From sequence record SRR2962707_3290: a DNA stretch of 37,238 nucleotides. The stretch is one strand, 5' to 3'. The translations under genes and the position numbers were made by a program. Below the pieces are notes generated by a model. That model searched no databases. It had not been told where the DNA came from and was given only the letters and a program-made list of their open reading frames with translations. Every line of letters starts with the position of its first letter. Positions within the stretch are counted from its first letter, which is position 1. Positions 8,848 to 18,935 of the stretch are shown here, piece by piece.

Positions 8848-10343
8848 GCACCCCCGTCCGGCCAGCGCGCCCATGGGTGGGGCTTGCCGGTCAGATCAAC
8901 GTAAACCGATTTCTGGGCCATATAGGCGCGGATGCCGTCCCTGCCTTTTTCGCGTCCGGTGCCGGAATCCTTTTCGCCGCCAAAGGGTGTCGAGACGGAA
9001 AACTGCTTGTAGGTGTTGACCCAGACGGTTCCGCTGGTAATGGCGCGGGCAATGCGCCAGGCCTTGGGGAAATCGCGGGTCCAGACGCCACAGGCCAGCC
9101 CGTAATCATTGTCGTTGGATTGGGCGATCAATTCGGCTTCGTCATCGAACGGCAGCACGCACAGGACCGGACCGAATATCTCCTGACGGCAGATTTCTGC
9201 GTCGTTGGTCACGCCGGCGAGTATGGTGGGCAGATAATAGGCGCCCTTGGCGTACTGATCGCCGTGGGGTATCGCGCCGCCGCAAAGGATCTCGGCACCA
9301 GCCTCGACCGCCGCCGCCACTTGGCTGGCCACAGCGTCGCGGTGATCGAAATGAACGAGCGGGGCCACTTGCGTGCGCTCGTCGAATGGGTCGCCAACCA
9401 CCAGTGCCTTGGTCGCCTCGACAAGGCGCGCAACAAAACTGTCGTAGATCGAGCGCTCGACGAACAGGCGCGAGCCGGCGATGCAGCTTTGGCCACTCGA
9501 CGAAAAAACGCCGAACAGAACGCCGGCGATGGCCAGGTCGATATCGGCATCTGCAAAGACGATGGTGGGGGACTTGCCGCCGAGTTCGAGCGAAATCGGC
9601 ATCAGCTTTTCCGCTGCCTGTCGCGCCAGCATACGGCCCGTTTCAGTGCCGCCGGTAAAGCTGACCCGCGAAATCGCACGATGCTCGACCAGCAGATTGC
9701 CCACCTCGCGGCCGGCGCCCGGGAGAACCGAAAACAGTCCTTTGGGCAGACCGGCCGCCTCGATGATGCGCGCCAGTTCGAGCGAAACCAGCGGAGACCA
9801 AGATGCAGGCTTGAGCAGCACTGCATTGCCCGCTGCAAGTGCGGGCGCCACCTTCTGGGCATCCGATGCAATCGGGGAGTTCCACGGCGTGATCGCCGCG
9901 ACAAGTCCCAGCGGCTCGTGGATCGAGAGAGAAAGATAATCGCCACGCGGCGCCGTCAGCGCATCATCGAGGCTCTCCAGAGCGCCCGCATAATAGCGGA
10001 ACGTACCCGCGGCCGATGCGACAAGCGCCGTCGTCTCCCGCAGCGTCTTGCCGGTGTCGCGCGTCTGGATATGGGCAATGCGAGCAGCGTTGTTTTCGAT
10101 GCCTTCGGCAATGCGATAGAGGTAGCGGGCGCGTTCATGGGGCTTGAGATTGCGCCAGGCCGGATCGGCCTGCGCCCGAAGCGCCCGCTCTATGGCCCGC
10201 TCGCCATCGGTCCGGCTTGCACCGTTGATGACACGGTTGACCGATCCGTCGGCCGAAAAGATCGAGGCGATCTCCGCACCGGTGCCCTTTTCCCAGCTTC
10301 CGCCGATGAAAAGCTCGGCGGGCGGCAGTTCGAAATGGGTCAT
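8844..10343 (-). CDS. NAD(P)-dependent aldehyde dehydrogenase
   Basis: ITPWN, FTGGTETG, LELGGKSP, catalytic Cys in GQSCIAGSR, EIFGPV, PFGGEKDSG. Confidence 0.95.
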   Translation of the reverse strand: MTHFELPPAELFIGGSWEKGTGAEIASIFSADGSVNRVINGASRTDGERAIERALRAQADPAWRNLKPHERARYLYRIAEGIENNAARIAHIQTRDTGKTLRETTALVASAAGTFRYYAGALESLDDALTAPRGDYLSLSIHEPLGLVAAITPWNSPIASDAQKVAPALAAGNAVLLKPASWSPLVSLELARIIEAAGLPKGLFSVLPGAGREVGNLLVEHRAISRVSFTGGTETGRMLARQAAEKLMPISLELGGKSPTIVFADADIDLAIAGVLFGVFSSSGQSCIAGSRLFVERSIYDSFVARLVEATKALVVGDPFDERTQVAPLVHFDHRDAVASQVAAAVEAGAEILCGGAIPHGDQYAKGAYYLPTILAGVTNDAEICRQEIFGPVLCVLPFDDEAELIAQSNDNDYGLACGVWTRDFPKAWRIARAITSGTVWVNTYKQFSVSTPFGGEKDSGTGREKGRDGIRAYMAQKSVYVDLTGKPHPWARWPDGGA

Positions 10344-11152
10344 ATAGCCTGCTCCCGACAGCGGTTGAAGATTTCGCGTGCGACCGAATAGACGGTGGTG
10401 ACCGAGGTCTTGGGATTGTCCGGGGACGGCTTACCTTCGATCCTTACAGTGAATTCGGCGGCTGCCGAGCGGACGCTGTATTCGTGTACATTGCCGCTTA
10501 CGCCGGGGTCGGCAACAAGGCGCACCCCGGTCTTTTCGAACCCCAGCCCGGCAAGCGCCAGGGTTGCGGCGACATTGGCGTTCTTGGGGTATTGAATGGC
10601 CGCCTCGCGCGCATTCCCCGAAAAAATGACGGTTTCGACCGCGAGCGCATTGAGGTCGTGCATCTTATCGGCGGGGGTGCCTTTCCAGGCTCCTGGAGGC
10701 TTGCGTCCGGTATAACTCACGGCCTCTATCCCTGATGGCTTGAGGGCCGAGAGGACATCGATGCCGCCAATAGCGCCAGCGGGCAGGATGAACCGGGTGG
10801 ATCCGGCGCGCGCCGCGTCCAGCACCTCTTCATGCAAGGGCTGATCGGCCAGCGAGCCGATCGAGACGATGACCGTCTCGATCCCGGCGCGCAGTACGGC
10901 GGTCGCGTGCTGGCGGACGCCCTCATGGCCGGCGCATTCGACGACGAGATCAGGCATGGCGACAATCAACGCCCTCGTCTCTGCAACAACCTGCCCCTGG
11001 CCGTCGAAATCCCTGGCCAGCCGTGCCCGCGTTTCGCCCACATGGTCGGGCGTGCAAAGCACTGTGACCTTGGAGGGCTTCGCGCCTTCGTTGGCGAGTA
11101 TGCCCATCAGGGTGTGGGCAATGGTGCCGTAGCCGATCAATCCCAGATGCAT
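10340..11152 (-). CDS. nadX: L-aspartate dehydrogenase family protein
   Basis: GLIGYGTIA, VVECAGH, GAIGGID, GRKPP, YPKNANVAA, NVHE, NPKTS; alternative TTG start at 11161. Confidence 0.88.
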   Translation of the reverse strand: MHLGLIGYGTIAHTLMGILANEGAKPSKVTVLCTPDHVGETRARLARDFDGQGQVVAETRALIVAMPDLVVECAGHEGVRQHATAVLRAGIETVIVSIGSLADQPLHEEVLDAARAGSTRFILPAGAIGGIDVLSALKPSGIEAVSYTGRKPPGAWKGTPADKMHDLNALAVETVIFSGNAREAAIQYPKNANVAATLALAGLGFEKTGVRLVADPGVSGNVHEYSVRSAAAEFTVRIEGKPSPDNPKTSVTTVYSVAREIFNRCREQAI

Positions 11153-11157
11153 GCCGA

Positions 11158-12831
11158 TCAAACCTTGTTGCCGGCAGCGCCCGCCGGAGGGCCTGAAAAA
11201 CTCTCGGCAAACGGACCGATGGCGATCATGTCCACTTCGATAAGCTGGGGACCTTCGGCGGCCAGCGCGGCATCAAGGACACCAGCAAACTCGGAAACGG
11301 CGCCAACCTTGTGGTGCGGCATGCCGATTGCAGCGCAATGGGTGGCAAAATCGGGGGTGTGCAGGGCCGAATAGTAATGACGGCTATCGTACTGGGCGTC
11401 CTGGATGTTGCGGATGACGCCATAGGCCTGGTCGTTCATCAGCACGTAAACGAGCGGCGCTTTCTCCTCGACTGCGGTGATCATTTCGGCGATCCCGAGC
11501 TGGGTACCTCCGTCACCGAGCAGCGTGATCGCCTTGGCGGATTTGGACGCTATTGCCGCGCCGATGCCCATTGCAACGCCCTGGCCGATGCCGCCGCCCA
11601 GCGCATGCACGCCGTGACAGGGCTCGGCAATCTTGACGTAACGGTTGCCGAACGTTGAGTTCGAGATCGTTACGTCGCGCACCCAGGGATGCCCGCCCGG
11701 TGTCACCCGCTCGAGCAGAGCGTCGGCGATGGTGCTGTACGGTCCCATGGCCGCGCGCATCGTGCCCTCCCCGCGGGCGCGGGTGTTGGCAATGTCGAAG
11801 ACGAGGTTGGGATCGACCGAGAGCTTTTCCGGCAGGCGGTCGAGCAGGCGTTGCAGCGTGTCGGCTGCATCGCCGTGAACGAAAAGATCCACCGGATAGT
11901 TGCGGCCGCCCTGATAAGCGTCGGCATCGATCTGGATAAGGGGACGCGGCAAACGCATAGTGTTGTTGAGCGTCTCGTTGCCGCGCAGCCTTGAGCCGAC
12001 GACGATCATCAGGTCGATGGTTTCGTACAGCGCCTGGCTCTCGGGCGCCATATTGAAGGCGCCCAGATTGGCCGGATTGTCCTCCGAGACCGTGGCGCGG
12101 CCATTTGTGGAGGTGACCGCTGCAAAGCCGCGTTCCACGAGTTCTGTAGCTTGCCTGCTTGCGTTGCGGGCGCCCCCGCCCAACCAGATCATCGGACGCC
12201 GGGCGCCGATAACGAGCTGGGCCAGTTCGTCGATGACGGCATCGCTGGCCAGTGGGTTCTGCGGCGAAAGGGCAAAAGCGCGCGTCGAAGGCGGCGCTGC
12301 CATACGCTGGACGTCAACGGGGATTTCAAGGCTCACCGGGCCCGTGGGCGCGCTGATGGCGGCGTTGATGGCGGCGGTCAGCGTTCCAATGGCGCTCTTT
12401 GCGTCCCACAACCGATAATAGGCCTTGGAAATACCCTTGAGCATGTCGGGCTGGCGCGGAACATCGTGGATCGGCGCCCTGTCGCGGTCCATGAACTGGG
12501 TATCGACGGTTGCCGTGATGTGAAGCAGCGACGTGCCGGCGGTCAACGCTTCAACCTGCGCGCCGGCGGCATTGCCCGCTGCGGTACCCGTCGAAGTCAT
12601 CACAACGCCAAGTTTGCCCGAAACGCGGGCGTAGGCATCGGCCATGTTCATGGCGCCGGCCTCGCCGCGCGCCGGAACAAAACGCACGCGGCCCTGACGC
12701 GCCAGCGCATCCAGGATCGGCATGTTGTGGATGGAGATAACCCCGAAGATCACCTCGACGCCGATGTCGGCGAGATAGGCGGCAATGAAATCACCGACGG
12801 TCTCGTGGCGTGTGACTTGTTCCAGTTTCAT
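11158..12831 (-). CDS. Thiamine diphosphate-dependent enzyme (decarboxylase/ALS-like superfamily)
   Basis: Conserved Glu in RGEAGAMNMADAYAR; ThDP motif GDGG...MNDQAYG; alternative start at 12843. Confidence 0.9.
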   Translation of the reverse strand: MKLEQVTRHETVGDFIAAYLADIGVEVIFGVISIHNMPILDALARQGRVRFVPARGEAGAMNMADAYARVSGKLGVVMTSTGTAAGNAAGAQVEALTAGTSLLHITATVDTQFMDRDRAPIHDVPRQPDMLKGISKAYYRLWDAKSAIGTLTAAINAAISAPTGPVSLEIPVDVQRMAAPPSTRAFALSPQNPLASDAVIDELAQLVIGARRPMIWLGGGARNASRQATELVERGFAAVTSTNGRATVSEDNPANLGAFNMAPESQALYETIDLMIVVGSRLRGNETLNNTMRLPRPLIQIDADAYQGGRNYPVDLFVHGDAADTLQRLLDRLPEKLSVDPNLVFDIANTRARGEGTMRAAMGPYSTIADALLERVTPGGHPWVRDVTISNSTFGNRYVKIAEPCHGVHALGGGIGQGVAMGIGAAIASKSAKAITLLGDGGTQLGIAEMITAVEEKAPLVYVLMNDQAYGVIRNIQDAQYDSRHYYSALHTPDFATHCAAIGMPHHKVGAVSEFAGVLDAALAAEGPQLIEVDMIAIGPFAESFSGPPAGAAGNKV

Positions 12832-12852
12832 AATGGCTTCCATTGACTGGTA

Positions 12853-13641
12853 TCAGATGTGACGGGCGAGACCGCCCGAAACATCGAGTTGCGCGCCTGT
12901 GATGTAGCTGGCGGCATGTGAGCCCAAAAAGGCGATTGCGGCTGCGGCTTCGCTTGGGTCGCCCAGGCGCCCGAGCGGGATGCCCTTCTTGCGGGCCAGA
13001 TTGCCGTACCACTCCTCCCGGCTCATAGACTGGTCCTCGCGTTCGGCGAAACGGCGCGTCCATTGGCCAGAGCCAACCAGGCCGAGCAGAACGGAATTGA
13101 CGCGCACCTCGGGTGCCAACTCGAGACTGAGAGATTTGAGCAGGTTCTGCACCCCGGCACGGGCCGATGAGGTGCAGACCATGTGCGGCTCGGGCTGATA
13201 GGCCAGCAGCGAATTGACAGCGACGATGGCCCCTTTGGACTGCCGGAGCATGGGCACGAAAGCGCGGATCGGATAGATTTGGCTGAACATTTTGAGTTCG
13301 TACTCGGCCCGCCATGCCTCGTCTGTCGTTTCCTCAAACGTCGAGATGCGGCCCTGTCCGGCATTGTTGACCAGAAGATCGCATCGTCCAAAACTGGCTT
13401 CGACATCCGCCGCGAATGCGTTGACGGCATCGGAATCGAGCACCGAGAAAGCGCGGGAAATTATCCGGTCGGCGCCGTGATCGCGCGCCAGCACCGAGAC
13501 GACGTCCTTGAGGCGTCCTTCACCGCGGGCGCAAAGTGCGACGCGGGCGCCCTGTGAAAGCAGGAGCTCGACAGTGGAAAGGCCGATGCCCGACGATCCG
13601 CCGGTCACCACCGCCACCCGTGCTTCGTAAGGCAGCGTCAT
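12853..13641 (-). CDS. SDR oxidoreductase with non-canonical active site
   Basis: TGGSSGIG, NNAG, VRVNSV, ASYITG; YxxxK position reads TSSAR. Confidence 0.88.
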   Translation of the reverse strand: MTLPYEARVAVVTGGSSGIGLSTVELLLSQGARVALCARGEGRLKDVVSVLARDHGADRIISRAFSVLDSDAVNAFAADVEASFGRCDLLVNNAGQGRISTFEETTDEAWRAEYELKMFSQIYPIRAFVPMLRQSKGAIVAVNSLLAYQPEPHMVCTSSARAGVQNLLKSLSLELAPEVRVNSVLLGLVGSGQWTRRFAEREDQSMSREEWYGNLARKKGIPLGRLGDPSEAAAAIAFLGSHAASYITGAQLDVSGGLARHI

Positions 13642-14558
13642 GGCTGGGTTCCTTTAAGCTCGGGAAAGCCGGGATCGGGGCGGCCCTGCATGACGGCGCG
13701 CTGGGCGCTGGTCGGAGGGCCGGCGGTCATCCACTGATCCATCTTCTCTGGCACGTCGCGCGGCCAAACCTGAGCTTCGTGCGTGTGCTCGTCGATCTGC
13801 TGGATTTCCGAGGTGAATTCGATCACGAATCCCGACGGAGAGACATAGTAAGCGAAAGGATTGTCGCCCGGACCATGGCGTCCCGGTCCCCAGGTGGGAT
13901 GCAGACCCTTTTCCTTCATACGGCCGATGGAGCGCATGAATTCGTTGATCGAGGGTAACTCGAATGCAACGTGATTGACCGATGCGTAGTGGCCGCGCAC
14001 AAGCGCGATGGAGTGATGGTCGGTGGCGCAGCGCAGAAAGACCATCTGGTCCGCCGAATAGTCGGAAACGCGGAAACCGAGCACGTCCACGTACCATTGT
14101 TCCACGCCGTCCATGTCGCCGCTGTTGAGCACGACATGGCTGACCTTGCGCGGACGGGCCCACTCTTCCTTGGCCTCTGCGGCTTCCGCGCCGGTGCGAA
14201 AGCGCAGGCGACGCAGGTCGGGATCGAGCACTTCAAAGCCGTATCCGCCGGCAAAATCGTCGAACTCGGCAGGCTCGCTCAGGGCCGTCGCGCCCTTGGC
14301 AACAACCTGGCGATGGAGCGCGTCCATCGAGGCCCGGTCGGGCATCGAGAAATGCACGTATTCGATGCCGTACACCGGACCATCCTTGAGGCCGTACACA
14401 AACGGCTCATCGCCGGTGCCCCGGAAATAGACGGCGCCGTCCTCTTCCCTAGCGATGGTCAGGCCCCAGTTGTTTTCATAAAAACCCTTGGTGGCGGTAA
14501 TGCCCGGCGCACGCATGACGATGCCACGCAGGGCACCAACGCGAATCGGTTCGCTCAT
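13638..14558 (-). CDS. VOC-fold type I extradiol ring-cleavage dioxygenase
   Basis: Two VOC modules; metal and catalytic residues in SHVVL, DHHS, NHVAFE, GRHGPGDNPFAYYVSPSGFVIEF. Confidence 0.85.
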   Translation of the reverse strand: MSEPIRVGALRGIVMRAPGITATKGFYENNWGLTIAREEDGAVYFRGTGDEPFVYGLKDGPVYGIEYVHFSMPDRASMDALHRQVVAKGATALSEPAEFDDFAGGYGFEVLDPDLRRLRFRTGAEAAEAKEEWARPRKVSHVVLNSGDMDGVEQWYVDVLGFRVSDYSADQMVFLRCATDHHSIALVRGHYASVNHVAFELPSINEFMRSIGRMKEKGLHPTWGPGRHGPGDNPFAYYVSPSGFVIEFTSEIQQIDEHTHEAQVWPRDVPEKMDQWMTAGPPTSAQRAVMQGRPDPGFPELKGTQP

Positions 14559-15400
14559 CTGACGTCTCCCAATTGTGCAGTGTCGCCCTCAGGAAGGGCA
14601 TTTCCGATCGTTGAAACGAGAACTGCCGCCAGCGCGGCGGGCGCCTGGCGGTGTATGGCGTGGCCGGCATGGGGCACGAGTACGTATTCGCCGCGCACTC
14701 TCGCATCGAGCGCGTCGAACGCGGCCTGCGACTGGGCCGGTGGCGTGACGACATCATCAGCGCCGACGATGACCGAAGTGCGCGCTCGAACGCCGGTGCA
14801 GTCGGTGGCAAGATTGCCCGACGCCAGCATGCGGACCGCCTGTCCGTAGCCTGGCATTGTGACCTTCTCCATGTCCGAGCGCACCGCAGAAACGATGGCA
14901 GGATTGCGTTCAGGTGCATAGACGAGACGGGGAGCGCGCGCAGCGGCAAATTCCTGCGCGCCCAGCGCTTCCAGGTCACCCAAGCGCTGGGCATCCTTTT
15001 CCGAAAGTGCTCCACCCCTGGGCGTGCCACGTCCCTGAGCGCACGACGCAAGCGTGAGACTGGCGACACGCTCGGGGTATCGGGTGGCGAAAGCAGCACC
15101 CATGAGGGTGCCCAGCGAATGTCCGAGAATGTGGACCCGGCCAAGGCCAAGGCTGTCACAGAGCGCAGCGATCGCTGCTGCATAGTCCTCGGCTAGGGGC
15201 CATTCGACCTCCAGCGGCTCGCTCTTTCCGTAGCCGGGCGCGTTCCAGCAGATAACGCGCAGATCGGTGGGCAGGTAGGCCAGAAGATCATCGAACGTGG
15301 AGGCCATCGACCCGATGCCATGCAGGCAGACCAGAACGTCGCCGCTGCCGGGTCGCTCCTGCCATTCTATAGCGCTGGTGAGGATGGGGTTCATGGTCAT
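14555..15400 (-). CDS. Alpha/beta-fold hydrolase
   Basis: LHGIG oxyanion motif, GHSLG nucleophile elbow, GADDVVT, AGHA. Confidence 0.9.
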   Translation of the reverse strand: MTMNPILTSAIEWQERPGSGDVLVCLHGIGSMASTFDDLLAYLPTDLRVICWNAPGYGKSEPLEVEWPLAEDYAAAIAALCDSLGLGRVHILGHSLGTLMGAAFATRYPERVASLTLASCAQGRGTPRGGALSEKDAQRLGDLEALGAQEFAAARAPRLVYAPERNPAIVSAVRSDMEKVTMPGYGQAVRMLASGNLATDCTGVRARTSVIVGADDVVTPPAQSQAAFDALDARVRGEYVLVPHAGHAIHRQAPAALAAVLVSTIGNALPEGDTAQLGDVR

Positions 15401-16152
15401 CAGGAAAAACAGAAGCCGTGGTTGACGGGCAGAACCTGCCCGGTGAGGGTGATCGCATCATTTGAGACGAGGAAAGCCGCCACGCCCGCGGCCTCGCCGG
15501 TTCCCTGCGGACCGGGAACGGCGCGGCCTTCGGAATACAGAAGGTGGCGCGCCTCGGGCACGTATTCGGTGCTTTCGGTCTGCAAAATGCCCGGCGCAAT
15601 GCAGGCCACTCCAATACCGTCCGGGCCCAGTTCGCGTGCCAGCGAGCGGGTCATGGCCATCACGGCGCCCTTTGAGGCCGTATAGGAAAGAAGCCGCGGG
15701 GCGCCCCAAAGCGCGGTGTCGGACGCCACGTTGACGATACGCCCGCTGCCCGAAGCCCGCAGCAGATCGGCGCAGGCGCGCGTGATGAGCCAGGTGCCGC
15801 GCACATTGACCGTCATGACGCGGTCCCACAGCGCAAGCTCGATGTCTTCAAAGCCCATGCCACCCACATTTGTCGCAACGGCGGCGTTGTTGACCAGGCC
15901 ATGCAGATGGCCCTCGCGGGCCAAAATATTTTCGGCCAGGGCGGCAATGCTGTCGGGATCGGCAAGGTCGAGCGGAATGAAGCGCGCCTGTGCGCCATTT
16001 TCGGTCAGTGCCGCACACGTCGCCTGACCGCCCGCGGCGTCGACGTCGGCCAGCACAAGGCTCGCCCCCTGCGCGGCGATGGCCTCCGCGATGGCACGGC
16101 CCAGCCCGCGTGAAACGCCGGTAACGAGAACGGTGCGGCCCTTGAGCATCAT
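15400..16152 (-). CDS. SDR oxidoreductase (classical)
   Basis: TGVSRGLG, NNAA, catalytic YTASK. Confidence 0.92.
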   Translation of the reverse strand: MMLKGRTVLVTGVSRGLGRAIAEAIAAQGASLVLADVDAAGGQATCAALTENGAQARFIPLDLADPDSIAALAENILAREGHLHGLVNNAAVATNVGGMGFEDIELALWDRVMTVNVRGTWLITRACADLLRASGSGRIVNVASDTALWGAPRLLSYTASKGAVMAMTRSLARELGPDGIGVACIAPGILQTESTEYVPEARHLLYSEGRAVPGPQGTGEAAGVAAFLVSNDAITLTGQVLPVNHGFCFS

Positions 16153-17189
16153 TGGGCCGCTACCTGGGCCAGTTCGGCTTCAACCTGCTCCTTGGCGGCG
16201 CGCGTCAGAATCTGGCGGATCCGGCTGACGCCAAGATCGTGCTGGTAGAGCATTTCGCGCTTCCGGGCATCGTCTGGCATGCCTTCGAGCATGACGCGAT
16301 CCTGCTCGAGCACGTTCCAGTGACGCTCCTCGAGCTCGGCGCGATAGAGGAAGCGCCAGGATTCGCGGGCGATACCCTCGACCTTGCGCATGCGCCAGAA
16401 AAAGACCTTGCAGCTATGCTCGTCGATCGGTGTCACGAAACCCACGATACGCATATTGCCGCCCGGACCTGCTGCCGGAGGATAGGGAATGTCGAGGAAA
16501 CAATAGCTGTTGCCGGGATGAACTGCGAACTCGGCCCAATCGAAATTGTCGCCGACCTGACCGACACGCGTCACGTGAAAGCCATGCTCGGTCTTGTCGA
16601 GCTTCATCAGATCCTGTTTGGAGCCGTAAGCCAGCGTGAAGCTCTCGGAGTGCAGATAGCACCCGTGCATCGGGTCAGCGAGGTTGTCGAGGGCATAGCG
16701 GTAGTTGGTTTCCCAGATGGCCGTGCACAAAAACCCCGCCCAGGCGTCGTCGGCGAATTCGGGCGGTAGAACCAGTTCCGGCGGTTCCGGCTGGTTGACC
16801 GAAGGCATATAGACAAAGACTGCGTCATTGGCCTCGCGCACATGGAAATTGTTCAGCGCCTTCCGGCCCTCAAGCGCGCATTCGGGCATGGCAGGAACAC
16901 GGACCACGACGCCATCGCCGTCGACGACCACCCCGTGATAGCGGCAGCCAATATTGCCTTCGTGGATTTCGCCGTAAGACAAGGGAGCGCCACGGTGAGG
17001 GCAGAAATCGTCAACTGCGTTGATCTTCGCGTCCTTGCCGCGCCAGAGCACGATTTTCTGGCCCAGGAGCTTGGCGCCATAGGGACGGGAGGCTTTGACC
17101 TCGACCGACTTGGCCACCGGATACCACTGGCCCTGTAAACCGGAATTGACCCGGGATTCGATGAGCGCCTTCTTGTCGACGACTGTCAT
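16149..17189 (-). CDS. Rieske non-heme iron oxygenase, alpha subunit (VanA/TsaM-like size, no beta subunit in window)
   Basis: Rieske CPH...CRYH; mononuclear Fe motif NLADPMHGCYLH; distal Asp in EQD; 346 aa. Confidence 0.92.
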   Translation of the reverse strand: MTVVDKKALIESRVNSGLQGQWYPVAKSVEVKASRPYGAKLLGQKIVLWRGKDAKINAVDDFCPHRGAPLSYGEIHEGNIGCRYHGVVVDGDGVVVRVPAMPECALEGRKALNNFHVREANDAVFVYMPSVNQPEPPELVLPPEFADDAWAGFLCTAIWETNYRYALDNLADPMHGCYLHSESFTLAYGSKQDLMKLDKTEHGFHVTRVGQVGDNFDWAEFAVHPGNSYCFLDIPYPPAAGPGGNMRIVGFVTPIDEHSCKVFFWRMRKVEGIARESWRFLYRAELEERHWNVLEQDRVMLEGMPDDARKREMLYQHDLGVSRIRQILTRAAKEQVEAELAQVAAQ

Positions 17190-17255
17190 GTGTTCGCTCC
17201 AGACTGTGAGGGAGTTCCAAAGCGGGAGGGACCGACGGCCCCTCCCCGGGGCTTG

Positions 17256-17825
17256 TTAGCCGGCGACCTTGTTTTTCGCGGGCCGCGAGATTTTGGAAAC
17301 CGGATGATCCTCGGGATATGTCGGGGTCACCGGCTTGGGATTGCCGATCATCACGCACATCAGGGCTTCTTCGATGCCCTCATTGCGCAGGCCGCGATAA
17401 AGACCGGCAGGCACCGAGATGATGTCGCGCTCGGCCAGGACGGTTTCGACAAGCTCGCCCTTGTGCTCGATAAAGAGGCGGATTTTGTTCCCCTTGAGGA
17501 TGAAGAACACTTCCTCGGCGTCACGGTGAATGTGGAGCGGACCCTCGCAGCCGGCAGGCAGCACCATGGTGGAGAAGGTGAAGTTTTCGGCCGGAACCAC
17601 GTTCTCGTCGTCGGTGATGCCGGTTGCGCCAGTGCCGATGTAGCGCATCTGGGCACGGCGGTAGATAGGATCGTAATCGGCTTGGAATTTCAGGGCATCC
17701 CAATCGATCGTCCGGGTTTCGTAGCGGGCGACGCGACTTTCAATCCACTCGGAAAGCGACTTGCCTTCGGGAATCATCACGTCATCGGGCTCGATCGACG
17801 GGAATTTCTTTGGCGCTACAGACAT
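17256..17825 (-). CDS. Cupin domain protein
   Basis: GPLHIHRDAEEVFFILKG and DIISVPAGLYR cupin motifs; ATG at 17825 with AGGAGA RBS. Confidence 0.85.
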   Translation of the reverse strand: MSVAPKKFPSIEPDDVMIPEGKSLSEWIESRVARYETRTIDWDALKFQADYDPIYRRAQMRYIGTGATGITDDENVVPAENFTFSTMVLPAGCEGPLHIHRDAEEVFFILKGNKIRLFIEHKGELVETVLAERDIISVPAGLYRGLRNEGIEEALMCVMIGNPKPVTPTYPEDHPVSKISRPAKNKVAG

Positions 17826-17998
17826 CAATGTCTCCTGTGCTGACGGTTCGGAAAGGTTTGAAGGAAAAAGCGGGTGAGGCCCGGGGGTGTGCAGCGAGCC
17901 GAGCGGGCACGGGCTGGCGCAAGCCATTCCGTCAATCCCTTTTCACGCGTCTCTCTGACGATCGAAAACATCGAACGAACCCCTTTTCCGTGCCATAC

Positions 17999-18051
17999 TG
18001 TTCAAATATACACGTTGTGTTCATAATTACGCATAAGCTAATCTCTGTCAA
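17999..18051 (-). promoter_or_regulatory. Promoter/operator of the catabolic operon (copy 1)
   Basis: TTGACA (18051-18046)-N17-AATTAT; tandem TGTTCA boxes at 17999 and 18018; 33/36 identity to copy 2. Confidence 0.75.
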
Positions 18052-18104
18052 GCGGCGCGCATTGCCCGTGCACCGGCTATGGATTATGAAAAAGGAAAAG
18101 ACGT

Positions 18105-18935
18105 ATGGGTGGAGTTGCCCGAGTGACCGACGATATGACCGAGATCGAAGCCGAAAGCGCACAGGGCCCGTCCTATTCTGTGCCCCCCGTTCACCGCGCT
18201 TTTCGGCTGCTCCGGCACATCGCCGCGGGCGGGCGCTGCCGCAATGCGGCCGCCACGGCCCGCGAGTTGGGCATCAACAGAACGACGCTGATACGCCTCC
18301 TGCATACGCTCGAAGAGGAGGGAATCATCGAATCCGATGATGACGGCGCGAGCTGGCAGTTGGGCGTGGGGATGATTTCCCTCGCTGCGGATGCGCTCAA
18401 GTCCCGCGACGTGACGCGGGTTGCGCAGCCCGTTATGGCAAGGCTTGCCAGCGAGCTGCACCTGTCCATCCATCTGGGCGTGCTCGACGGACGCGACGTC
18501 GTCTATATGTTGCGCGAAACACCCAATTCGCACCTGATCAGCAATATTCGTGAGGGATCGCGCCTGCCGGCCCACGCCACCACCATCGGCCGTATCCTCC
18601 TGGCCTATATGCCGGAAAAACAGCTGCTCGATCTCTACAGGGACGCCGACCTTGAGGCCCATACCGCCAAGACGTCGACCACGTTGACCCAGCTCATCAT
18701 GCAGATCGGTGAAGACCGCAAGCACGGCATCGCCTGGAGCAAGGGCAATTTCGAGCCGGGAATCGGCTCCTGTGCGGCCGCAATTTTCGACCACCGCGCT
18801 CGTCCCATAGCCGGTATCAACGTTACGGGACCCGAAGAGCAGTTCAGCGCCTACAGCAACAATGCCCAGCATATCGAGGGCGCCATCAAGGCAGCTGCCG
18901 CGGAAATTTCCAGGGGCCTGGGCTACCAGGGTTAG
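18105..18935 (+). CDS. IclR family transcriptional regulator
   Basis: SVPPVHRAFRLL, RTTLIRLLHTL, GSRLPAHATTIGRILLA, GIGSCAAAI. Confidence 0.93.
   Translation: MGGVARVTDDMTEIEAESAQGPSYSVPPVHRAFRLLRHIAAGGRCRNAAATARELGINRTTLIRLLHTLEEEGIIESDDDGASWQLGVGMISLAADALKSRDVTRVAQPVMARLASELHLSIHLGVLDGRDVVYMLRETPNSHLISNIREGSRLPAHATTIGRILLAYMPEKQLLDLYRDADLEAHTAKTSTTLTQLIMQIGEDRKHGIAWSKGNFEPGIGSCAAAIFDHRARPIAGINVTGPEEQFSAYSNNAQHIEGAIKAAAAEISRGLGYQG

Noticed and set aside
8793-10391. 532-aa ORF antisense to the ALDH
   Set aside because: Shadow ORF typical of high-GC coding DNA; no motifs
11158-12831. Acetolactate synthase (ilvB) call
   Set aside because: No small subunit or ilv genes nearby, divergent N-terminal motif (GVISIHN), catabolic context
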